From assembly GCA_002897915.1 (NCBI GenBank), contig BDTS01000098.1:1-55093 (forward strand): 55,093 nt of DNA, given 5' to 3'. This document shows positions 47,879-55,093 of the stretch, in pieces. Below the pieces are notes generated by a model that was not told the DNA's origin, searched no databases, and saw only the letters and a list, made by a program, of their open reading frames with translations. This stretch comes from a bacterium BMS3Bbin09 (GTDB lineage Bacteria > Nitrospirota > Thermodesulfovibrionia > UBA6902). A program made the translations under genes and the position numbers. The number at the start of each line of letters is the position of its first letter. Position 1 is the first letter of the stretch.

Positions 47879-48636
47879 TAGTTATTTCACTACAGTCAGG
47901 CAGCAACGGTAACTGCTATTACGTTGAAGCAAACGGAACGAAACTATTATTTGACGCAGGGATCACAGCCAGTATGGCAACACGGAGGCTTGAGGAGCAC
48001 GGGCGCGACATTAATGATGTTGATGCCCTGATAATATCCCATGACCATGGGGATCACGCACGGCATGCAGGGGTTTATAGCAGGAAATATAAGATGCCTC
48101 TGCACATTACACAGAGGACCCTTGAGGTAGCGTCAAAGAGACACGGGATAGGCCGTGTAAATGAGGTCAGTCATTTCAGGACAGGAGAAGTGATCAGTAT
48201 AGGCAATGTCTCGATAGAGACCATCCCGTCTCCGCACGATGCCTCGGACGGCTGCCTCTTCGTAATATCGAATGGTAACAAACGGCTCGGGATCTGGACC
48301 GATCTCGGACATGTCTCTGATGAACTCTATTCGCAAGTCTCTACACTGGACGGTCTGTTTATAGAAAGCAATTACGATCCGCTTATGCTGGACAACGGGC
48401 CTTATCCGGCTTTTCTCAAGAAACGGATCAAGGGTCCTGAGGGCCATCTCTCGAACATTGATTGCGCCGAACTTCTCCAGGCAGGAACAAAATTACAATG
48501 GGCATGCCTGGCCCATATCTCGAATAATAATAACTCCCCTGAGACCGCACTCGCAACGAGCCGCAGGATCACGGGTAACAGTATCCCGCTCTATACAGCG
48601 AACCGCTATTTATCAACTGAGGCATTAAAAATTTAG
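47875..48636 (+). CDS. MBL-fold metallohydrolase
   Basis: ISHDHGDHA metal motif. ATGA start/stop overlap with trmL. Confidence 0.8.
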   Translation: MIVISLQSGSNGNCYYVEANGTKLLFDAGITASMATRRLEEHGRDINDVDALIISHDHGDHARHAGVYSRKYKMPLHITQRTLEVASKRHGIGRVNEVSHFRTGEVISIGNVSIETIPSPHDASDGCLFVISNGNKRLGIWTDLGHVSDELYSQVSTLDGLFIESNYDPLMLDNGPYPAFLKKRIKGPEGHLSNIDCAELLQAGTKLQWACLAHISNNNNSPETALATSRRITGNSIPLYTANRYLSTEALKI

Positions 48637-48658
48637 CAAAAGATAAAAAAAAGAATGG

Positions 48659-48925
48659 CTACTTTTGGCTATTCTGGAAAAAATATAGCTCGGAGAGGCT
48701 GTGACTTCCGTGCTTTTTACTGGAATTGTCCGGTTTATCCGGCTCAATAGTAACACCCTTTTCAATGACCGGGTCAGTTGGAAGTTTTTTCATTAAGAGT
48801 TTTCTGATCTTCTCTTTGTTTTCACTGTCTACTACCTGATCTGAATGAACCGGATTCCGCTTTTTTGAGTTCTGCATTGAAATCTTTATATCCTTATCTG
48901 CAATTATCATTTTCTTTTCTTTCAT
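48659..48925 (-). CDS. Hypothetical lysine-rich, low-complexity protein
   Basis: ORF only; no recognisable family. Confidence 0.3.
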   Translation of the reverse strand: MKEKKMIIADKDIKISMQNSKKRNPVHSDQVVDSENKEKIRKLLMKKLPTDPVIEKGVTIEPDKPDNSSKKHGSHSLSELYFFQNSQK

Positions 48926-49090
48926 AATATTATTCCTGACAAGTAAAATTATTGTTCTTTGGGGAAAATGGATTAATCTCGAATAAACAAAGATTACATA
49001 GTACGTAACGGCTTGTCAACATAAATCAGCCGATTCGTCTGAATAAAAAATGAGGTGTCCGAATAAAAGTCCGTATTACAATCGGTTACG

Positions 49091-49330
49091 TTAAAATGAC
49101 ACGAGATCCTTCTCTTTAAGTTCCTTCACCATATTCTCGAACGCCGCCGGATCCTTCTTGCCGAGAATTATGATCGCGTCATACGGGTCCGTTGTTATGC
49201 CGGGATCAACATTAGTAAGATATTTATTGAAAATTGACGAGAACAGCTCTTTTTTAGCCTTTATATGAAACGTGTCCTCAAAAAAAAAGCTGATCTCCTG
49301 AGCGATAAATGATATTTTTTCAATGTCCAT
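49091..49330 (-). CDS. Hypothetical 79-aa protein
   Basis: ORF with GAGGAG SD 7 nt upstream of the ATG; preceded by repeat copy C. No family recognised. Confidence 0.45.
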   Translation of the reverse strand: MDIEKISFIAQEISFFFEDTFHIKAKKELFSSIFNKYLTNVDPGITTDPYDAIIILGKKDPAAFENMVKELKEKDLVSF

Positions 49331-49363
49331 TTCTGATCTCCTCTTTGTTAATTGATGCCCTTT

Positions 49364-49422
49364 TATACCACGGGCATAAGTCTCATTGAAGCGATGCTAT
49401 GCACCGCTTAATTCGGCTTTAT
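49364..49422 (-). repeat. Repeat family copy C (long form)
   Basis: + strand: TATACCACGGGCATAAGTCTCATTGAAGCGatgctatgcacCGCTTAATTCGGCTTTAT. Abuts or overlaps the stop codon of the PfkB kinase gene. Confidence 0.85.
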
Positions 49423-50330
49423 GAAAGGGCCTCAAAATGTGTAAGTCTCTTAAACTCATTATAACGGTTTCTGATCTCTGAATAATCGAGGCTCTTTATC
49501 TTGTCAAGACTGAAGGACTCAACATTGAAAGAGGCCATTACGCTTCCAAAGATTATTGCCTTCCTGATATTCGCGTCGTCAAAATCCATTTTTTTTGAAA
49601 GATAGCCCATAAAACCTCCGGCAAAACTGTCGCCAGCCCCTGTAGGATCAAACACTGTCTCAAGGGGGTATGCAGGCGCAGAGAATATCCTCCCGCCCTT
49701 GAACATCAGGGCCCCGTACTCTCCCCTTTTTATTATAAGCGTCCTCGGGCCGAATGAAAGAATCTTGTTTGCTGCCTTCACAAGATTAGGCTCTCCTGAG
49801 AGTTCTCTCGCCTCCCCGTCATTAATAAGGAGGATATCGACCAGCTTCAGTGTCTCGAGAAGCGAGTCCTTCTTTCCCTCTATCCAGAAGTTCATTGTAT
49901 CACAGGCCACGAGTATAGGCTCCTTGATCTGTTTCAACACCTCTCTCTGAAGGTCAGGGTCTATATTAGCGAGAAAGACGATCTTTTTATCCTTATAGGA
50001 TTCAGGTAGTTTAGGTTTGAATGACTCGAAAACATTCAGCTGTGTATCGAGTGTCTTTGCCTCATTAAGCTCGTAACCGTATTCGCCCTTCCACCTGAAT
50101 GTCTTACCCTCCATCTTTTCGATCCCTTCAATATCGATCTTGCGGCTCTTTAGAAAGGTTAGATGCTCTTGCGGAAAATCGGTCCCGACACACGCGACAA
50201 GGGAAACATCGGTAAAATAGCTTGCTGATGTAGAAAAATAAGTACCTGAACCGCCCAGCACTTCATCGACTTCACCAAAGGGAGTCTTTACAGAATCAAA
50301 TGCAACGGAACCTACTACTAACAAAGACAT
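49419..50330 (-). CDS. PfkB-family carbohydrate/nucleoside kinase
   Basis: DPTGAGDSFAGGF motif and N-terminal GG di-glycine region. Confidence 0.85.
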   Translation of the reverse strand: MSLLVVGSVAFDSVKTPFGEVDEVLGGSGTYFSTSASYFTDVSLVACVGTDFPQEHLTFLKSRKIDIEGIEKMEGKTFRWKGEYGYELNEAKTLDTQLNVFESFKPKLPESYKDKKIVFLANIDPDLQREVLKQIKEPILVACDTMNFWIEGKKDSLLETLKLVDILLINDGEARELSGEPNLVKAANKILSFGPRTLIIKRGEYGALMFKGGRIFSAPAYPLETVFDPTGAGDSFAGGFMGYLSKKMDFDDANIRKAIIFGSVMASFNVESFSLDKIKSLDYSEIRNRYNEFKRLTHFEALS

Positions 50331-50346
50331 AACCTACCTCCAATAT

Positions 50347-51381
50347 TTATTTACTTTTATTCAGCTCGAAGATCACCTTGATCGAATCCTGTGCCCCGGC
50401 AACCAGCTCGAACCCGCGGGGACCTTCATCAAAATCGAGTCTGTGAGTGATCATATCATTTAGAACAACTTTTCGGCTGCTCAATAGATCCATCGCTTCA
50501 TCAAGGTCAAACGGACCCGCGCCGTAAGATGTCATTAATTTTATTTCATTGCGCCAGAGATCGTTCATCGGGACAGGAACAGTTTCTTCCGGTCCTGGGA
50601 CCGCAAAATAGAGTACCGTCCCTCCGCGCTCAACATATTTAAGCGCCTCGACCGAAGCGGACAGTGCTCCTGAGCATACTATCACAAGGTCCGCGAGCTT
50701 CCCGTCATTTGCATCGTGGAGCAGTTTTTGTACATTATCCTTCGCATTTATTACAACATCTGCACCTAAACGCTTTGCAGCGTCAAGCCGGTACTCCGTT
50801 ATATCGGTAGCTATTATTTTGCCTGCCCCGAGCGCCCTGGCAAGACTTATATGAATAAGACCGGATATACCGCTTCCGACAACCATTACCGTCTGACCAG
50901 GTTTGAGCTGTGCCAGTTTTTGTCCCCTTATCACACACGCGAGGGGTTCTATAAAGGTGCCCTCTTCATAAGACATGGCATCAGGGAGAAGATAAACGCC
51001 GTTGTTCTCAACATTAATGCGCGGGATGCGGATATATTCGGCAAATCCGCCCGGATCATAATTTGTACTGTGCAGTGTTTCACATGCAGTTTGATAACCG
51101 TTGAGACAGTATTCGCAAATATTGCAGGGGACATGATGCGAAACAAAGACCCTGTCACCTACCTTATATTTTTCTATACCCTCGCCAACCTCGACTATCT
51201 CTCCGGTCATCTCATGACCCAGGACCTTCGGAGCTTTTTTGATGCGGTACCACTCCATGACATCGCTGCCGCATATACCTGTCGCGCGGACCTTTACGAG
51301 CAGCTCGCCCGGCCCGATCTTCGGGACCGGCATCTCCTCGACCCTTACATCACTGTTGTTGTAATACATTAATACTCTCAT
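50347..51381 (-). CDS. Zinc-dependent medium-chain alcohol/polyol dehydrogenase (sorbitol/threonine DH-like)
   Basis: GICGSDV, GHEMTGEIVEVG, structural-zinc CNICEYCLNGYQTAC, Rossmann VVGSGISG. ATG at 51381 preferred; the GTG at 51408 lies inside a palindrome. Confidence 0.85.
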   Translation of the reverse strand: MRVLMYYNNSDVRVEEMPVPKIGPGELLVKVRATGICGSDVMEWYRIKKAPKVLGHEMTGEIVEVGEGIEKYKVGDRVFVSHHVPCNICEYCLNGYQTACETLHSTNYDPGGFAEYIRIPRINVENNGVYLLPDAMSYEEGTFIEPLACVIRGQKLAQLKPGQTVMVVGSGISGLIHISLARALGAGKIIATDITEYRLDAAKRLGADVVINAKDNVQKLLHDANDGKLADLVIVCSGALSASVEALKYVERGGTVLYFAVPGPEETVPVPMNDLWRNEIKLMTSYGAGPFDLDEAMDLLSSRKVVLNDMITHRLDFDEGPRGFELVAGAQDSIKVIFELNKSK

Positions 51382-51398
51382 AGATAGATCGGAAGAAC

Positions 51399-51426
51399 GT
51401 AGGGGCACGGCATGCCGTGCCCCTAC
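51399..51426 (-). repeat. Perfect 28-bp palindrome GTAGGGGCACGGCATGCCGTGCCCCTAC between the aldolase stop and dehydrogenase start
   Basis: All 14 pairs checked. Same length and the same terminal heptamers as the palindrome at 9044-9071. Confidence 0.9.
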
Positions 51427-51429
51427 ACC

Positions 51430-52239
51430 TTATTTACATTCTTGCGGCTCTGATTTGCTTTTTATCTCATTAAAGAGATCGTTCGCGTCTTCCGGGGTCG
51501 CTTTCTTGTGAACAACAGCGTGCAAGGCCCTCATCATCGCGACAGGATACTGGTGCTGCCATACGTTTCTGCCGAGGTTGATCCCTATCGCGCCCTTCTC
51601 AATGCCGTCATGAACAAAGTTAAAAACATCAATCTCCGTCTTACATTTAGGGCCGCCGGCCATGACGATAGGAACGGGACAGCCTCTTGTGACCTTATCA
51701 AAATCTTCACACCAGTATGTCTTTACAACCCTTGCGCCGAGCTCGGCCGCTATCCTGCAGCATAACGCGAGATAACGAGCGTCCCTTTTTTCGAGTTCCC
51801 TTCCAACTGCTGTAACGGCCATCACGGGTATCCCGTAATTCTCACACATGTTCACAAGGTCCGTCAGGTTCTTCAAGGTCTGTTTCTCGTATTTCGTACC
51901 GATAAATACCGAGAGACCGACCGCGGTAACATTCAGGCGGAGTATCTCTTCTATAGATGTTGTCAGCATCTCATTCTCAAGGCTTTCGCCGACCATACTG
52001 GTGCCGCCCGAAACCCTCAGGATAACAGGTTTGGTCTTTGCGGGATCTATTGCGCTGCGCAGAACGCCCCTTGTGACAAAAAGCGCGTCGGCATATTGGA
52101 GCAATGGTTTAATTGTCTCCTGGGGTTTTTCGAGACAGCTTGTCGGTCCCTGAAAATAACCGTGATCGATCGGAAGAAAAAAACATTTGCCGTCAGGTTT
52201 AATGATTTGCGCTAAACGATTTTCCATTCCCCAATCCAT
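51430..52239 (-). CDS. DhnA/LsrF-type class I aldolase family protein
   Basis: FLPIDHG, ILRVSGG, Schiff-base lysine context VVKTYW, MAGGPK. Confidence 0.75.
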   Translation of the reverse strand: MDWGMENRLAQIIKPDGKCFFLPIDHGYFQGPTSCLEKPQETIKPLLQYADALFVTRGVLRSAIDPAKTKPVILRVSGGTSMVGESLENEMLTTSIEEILRLNVTAVGLSVFIGTKYEKQTLKNLTDLVNMCENYGIPVMAVTAVGRELEKRDARYLALCCRIAAELGARVVKTYWCEDFDKVTRGCPVPIVMAGGPKCKTEIDVFNFVHDGIEKGAIGINLGRNVWQHQYPVAMMRALHAVVHKKATPEDANDLFNEIKSKSEPQECK

Positions 52240-52260
52240 AATAAGTCCTCCTATTTAAAT

Positions 52261-53049
52261 TTATCTTTTCTTTTTGTATTTATCTGCGTCTTTTTTTAAC
52301 TTCATACTATCTTCGAGCATCATAATGAATTTAATGTATTTTACGCCAAATTGTATAAGCTCGATCTCGTCTTCTTTGATCTTTTTCTGGGTCTCCTCAT
52401 CAACATCAAACACATTCAGAAAATCGCTCTCAAAGATATATCTCTTGAATCTGTCGAGATCGTAACTCGCCATAGAGTACTGAAACTGCTTATTCTCATC
52501 GAGTGTTTTGCCGGGGAGATTTTTCCTTAACTGCAGCTGTTTCCATGTTGAATTGATCTTGTCGTATTCATCGACACCCTGGTCCTCTCTCCATGACTTG
52601 ATCGTCCACTGTTTGTTCTCATTGTACCCGATGCAATGTTTTTCCCTTACGAAGAAATAGAACTCTTCGGTTTCCGGGCCGTCCTTTCCGTCTTTTTTCA
52701 TCGTGCCCTGCCCTACCGGATAATAACGGCAGTTGGCGGGCCGGTCAGTGTACACCGCGCATCCTTCATCCGAAAGAAAGGGGCATTTCCTATCCTTATC
52801 GTCACCCATTCTCAGCATCGCGTGCGGATGTGAATTAACCGGATCAATGTTCATGTCTGTATATGCTTCCAAAAAAACGTCTGACGTAAGACCAAGCCTG
52901 TTCTTGAGCCTTACTACGTCATAAGGGGTCAGAAGGATGTCTATATTGCTGCAGCACTTTGTGAAACATTGGATGCCTTTGTGGCACTTGAAGTAAAATT
53001 TGGCATCAATTGAGACCTTTGTTATATCAACAGCGCCCATCTTGCTCAT
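52261..53049 (-). CDS. YkgJ-like (UPF0153) cysteine-cluster protein
   Basis: N-terminal CHKGIQCFTKCC cluster and a second Cys group (CPFLSDEGCAVY) typical of the CxxCxxCC family. Confidence 0.55.
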   Translation of the reverse strand: MSKMGAVDITKVSIDAKFYFKCHKGIQCFTKCCSNIDILLTPYDVVRLKNRLGLTSDVFLEAYTDMNIDPVNSHPHAMLRMGDDKDRKCPFLSDEGCAVYTDRPANCRYYPVGQGTMKKDGKDGPETEEFYFFVREKHCIGYNENKQWTIKSWREDQGVDEYDKINSTWKQLQLRKNLPGKTLDENKQFQYSMASYDLDRFKRYIFESDFLNVFDVDEETQKKIKEDEIELIQFGVKYIKFIMMLEDSMKLKKDADKYKKKR

Positions 53050-53125
53050 TAGATTGTCTCCTTATAAATAAATTTGAACATGAATTATAGCAAAATATGG
53101 GACTATTAATCCAAAAACAGTAGAA

Positions 53126-54154
53126 TTACTTATCAAAGTGGCATTTCTTGCATAATTCGAACACATCGTTAACTTCAAAGGCCCACAAATGCGGGTAGTT
53201 TGACGCATGAGGATTATGGCAGCTGGCACATGTGAGCTCCTTGCCGATCCGAACAGGATCCTTTCGCCCCTTGGTCGGGTGCCCTTTTTTAAACATGGTG
53301 TCTCCGAGCACATGCTGACCAGTTGCCTTTTCAGCATGGCAGTTCACGCACAGGTCCCAGGTAGATTTGAAAAGATTAAAAGCGTAATTGGACGAGTGCG
53401 GACTGTGGCAAATAGTACATTTCCCCACGTTTACAGGCCCGTGGATATATTTTTTTGAATTCCATTCTTTCTTCTGCTCAACATGACATCCATAGCAGAC
53501 ATCCTTGACAGGCTTCCTGACAGAGTATCTTATAGCAGCATTATTATCATGACAGCTAAGACAGCTCCAGACAGATGCCGGTCCGTGAACGTAAGGTTTT
53601 TTTGTTATACTTTTGTGACAGGAATAACATGTTGAAGTAGCGGCAAATATCTGTTCGCTGCTGAATTTTTCGGAAGCGAAAGTACTTGGACTGATAGGTT
53701 TTTTATCATATCCGCTTACTTCCAGTACGTGGCATTTTCTGCACTCAGGATGAGCCTCCATATGAAAACCAGATATTTTGAAACTGAGGGGCGGTTTTCT
53801 GTATTCACCTACCAAATCTGACCTGCGGAAAACATTTCGGACAAATGTGGCCACAAGTGTCTCCCCCTTGAATGCCGAAACTTCGACCGTGCTTGTTCCG
53901 AGTTTGTTTAATATGACCGAAAAACATTCAAACCCTAAGTCAGGGACAATCTCTTTTCTGTCCTTACCGTCTACAGTGACTTTGATCAAGTCAACGGCCC
54001 CTTTAGTCACTTCGAGTGAGAGATTCAGGATATCATATTCGATCACTGTCCTGTCAGGCGGGGTATGAAGAACAATCACTTCCTGACCTGCGTTGGCCGC
54101 TATGGAAGTGATCAGCAAATAAGATACGATATATACCACGGGCATAAGTCTCAT
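53126..54154 (-). CDS. Exported octahaem c-type cytochrome
   Basis: Eight CxxCH motifs (CRKCH, CYSCH, CLSCH, CYGCH, CTICH, CVNCH, CASCH, CKKCH). Signal peptide MRLMPVVYIVSYLLITSIAANA/GQ if started at 54154. An in-frame GTG alternative lies at 54211. Confidence 0.8.
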   Translation of the reverse strand: MRLMPVVYIVSYLLITSIAANAGQEVIVLHTPPDRTVIEYDILNLSLEVTKGAVDLIKVTVDGKDRKEIVPDLGFECFSVILNKLGTSTVEVSAFKGETLVATFVRNVFRRSDLVGEYRKPPLSFKISGFHMEAHPECRKCHVLEVSGYDKKPISPSTFASEKFSSEQIFAATSTCYSCHKSITKKPYVHGPASVWSCLSCHDNNAAIRYSVRKPVKDVCYGCHVEQKKEWNSKKYIHGPVNVGKCTICHSPHSSNYAFNLFKSTWDLCVNCHAEKATGQHVLGDTMFKKGHPTKGRKDPVRIGKELTCASCHNPHASNYPHLWAFEVNDVFELCKKCHFDK

Positions 54155-54187
54155 TGAAGCTGATGCTACGCACTGCTTAATTCGGCT
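54132..54187 (-). repeat. Repeat family copy D (long form), overlapping the 5' end of the octahaem cytochrome ORF
   Basis: + strand: TATACCACGGGCATAAGTCTCATTGAAGCtgatgctacgcactGCTTAATTCGGCT. Confidence 0.85.
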
Positions 54188-54201
54188 AAATATGAGTTTT
54201 C

Positions 54202-55093
54202 TTATTTGCACTTAGAAATAGATGAAGGCAGTATCTGTTTATGTATTATCTTTTCGATCGCCTTTTTATACATTTCAATGGATTTGTCCTTTTCACCTTT
54301 GAGCTCGTATGCCTTACCCAATTCATAGTAGGTCATCTGAGCATAAGGGTTCGCGATGGCGGCATCATTAAGTATTTCGATGGCTTTGTCGAGCTCCCCT
54401 TTCATTACAAATGCTCCTCCGAGGCCTGTCTTTGCATCATGCGAATGAGGGTCAAGCTCGAGCGCCTTGTTGAATGTTGTGAGCGCGCTGTCGGGATCAT
54501 CCATTTCGAGATACAGGAACCCGAGGAGTATGTGACTCTTCAGCATATCGGGTTTGACCTCAATGGACTTCCTGACGCTGTTTACGGCAAGTTCTATCAT
54601 CCCGTTCTCCGTAAATTTCATGGCCAGATTATAAAGTCTCGTTGACTCAAGATGTGTCTTGTCCGCTTTAACATTGTGCGGCGACAGCATATCGTTCAAC
54701 TTGCTCTCATCGATCTCTCCGAGTGCCTTCTTAATGTATCCCTCAAAGAGTTTTTTGAATGTAAGGGGATGGCTCGGTATGCTGTGGGTAATGATACCCT
54801 CTTTATCAACGATGACTGTCGTCGGATATACCCTGATGCCGTAGTCGCTGTAGAACTGTCTCCCGTAATCTACGACCACCGGAAAATTTATCTTGTTGTC
54901 GGCGGTCATACTTTTTGCCAGGTCCAGCCTGTCGTTCCCGGCAACTATAGTGATGACCCTGATATTTTTTCCTTTGAGCTTTTTCATGACTTCAAACGCG
55001 TCCTTTAAGGCAAGGAGTGACCGTTTATGTTCTGTTCTCCAATATATAAGCGCTGTTACCTTTCCGTCGTTCTTGCTTAAAGACAGGTGTTCT
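54202..55093 (-). CDS. TlpA/redoxin-like domain (CxxC lost) fused to TPR repeats; 5' end beyond the window
   Basis: The frame stays open upstream of the ATG at 54987 to the window edge: ...GKVTALIYWRTEHKRSLLALKDAF... aligns with the FWATWCxxC region of TlpA, but with H and S in place of the cysteines. PTTVIVDKEG follows, then TPR-like repeats. Confidence 0.7.
   Translation of the reverse strand, partial: EHLSLSKNDGKVTALIYWRTEHKRSLLALKDAFEVMKKLKGKNIRVITIVAGNDRLDLAKSMTADNKINFPVVVDYGRQFYSDYGIRVYPTTVIVDKEGIITHSIPSHPLTFKKLFEGYIKKALGEIDESKLNDMLSPHNVKADKTHLESTRLYNLAMKFTENGMIELAVNSVRKSIEVKPDMLKSHILLGFLYLEMDDPDSALTTFNKALELDPHSHDAKTGLGGAFVMKGELDKAIEILNDAAIANPYAQMTYYELGKAYELKGEKDKSIEMYKKAIEKIIHKQILPSSISKCK

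Noticed and set aside
48995-49092. 7-nt inverted repeat ACGTAAC/GTTACGT about 80 nt apart upstream of the 88-aa ORF.
   Set aside because: It is too short and imperfect to distinguish from chance in AT-rich DNA.
9044-51426. Whether the 28-bp palindromes or the ~58-nt repeats could be CRISPR repeats.
   Set aside because: The copies are kilobases apart, without regular repeat-spacer periodicity, and no cas genes are present in the window.
53436-53455. AGGCCCGTGGATATATTTTT inside the cytochrome gene, which resembles the GCCCGTGGTATATA core of the repeat family.
   Set aside because: Only about 14 nt are similar, the orientation relative to the gene is wrong, and the site is within coding sequence. 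It is consistent with chance.

Overview
This 55-kb window looks bacterial and probably comes from an anaerobe. That inference rests on 2-oxoacid:ferredoxin oxidoreductase, a flavodiiron protein, two rubrerythrin-like proteins, three c-type cytochromes and BioW. The coding content is overwhelmingly housekeeping and largely syntenic with well-known operons: tRNA-Val, thrS-infC-rpmI-rplT-pheS-pheT, bioB-bioW, miaB plus mtaB, cca, ftsH, tkt, aroQ-pepP-efp-accB-accC, yicC-remA-gmk-rpoZ-coaBC, clpC, rpiB-glyA-nrdR, coaE, mutS2 and trmL. I found no rRNA, CRISPR array, intact mobile element or recognisable defence, toxin or phage island. The only mobile-DNA trace is a 37-codon IS3-type transposase relic. 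The unexplained signal is almost all in non-coding DNA. (1) A repeat family has five copies, three of about 58 nt and two short. It contains a variable-loop hairpin and an imperfect dyad TTATGCC-N3-GGTATAA that overlaps an extended -10-like TGGTATAAT and a mini-ORF (MRLMPVV). Every copy sits at the 5' end of a gene and in the same orientation as it. (2) Two perfect 28-bp palindromes share their termini (GTAGGGG...CCCCTAC) and lie at equivalent intercistronic positions. (3) GCTGACAG/GCTGATAGCTGAA REP-like elements and tandem anti-SD/SD hairpins are present. (4) A small dihaem cytochrome gene is bracketed by two perfect palindromes. (5) A 141-nt intergenic element has three nested inverted repeats. 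(6) Several genes have a consensus extended -10 box 5-8 nt before the start codon, suggesting leaderless mRNAs. Protein-level oddities are PheT without its OB-fold tRNA-binding domain, ThrRS without a TGS domain, infC with an ATA start, and a TlpA-like/TPR protein that has lost its CxxC motif and lies next to an octahaem cytochrome. All functional interpretations of the repeats are inference. Nothing here could be checked against databases.
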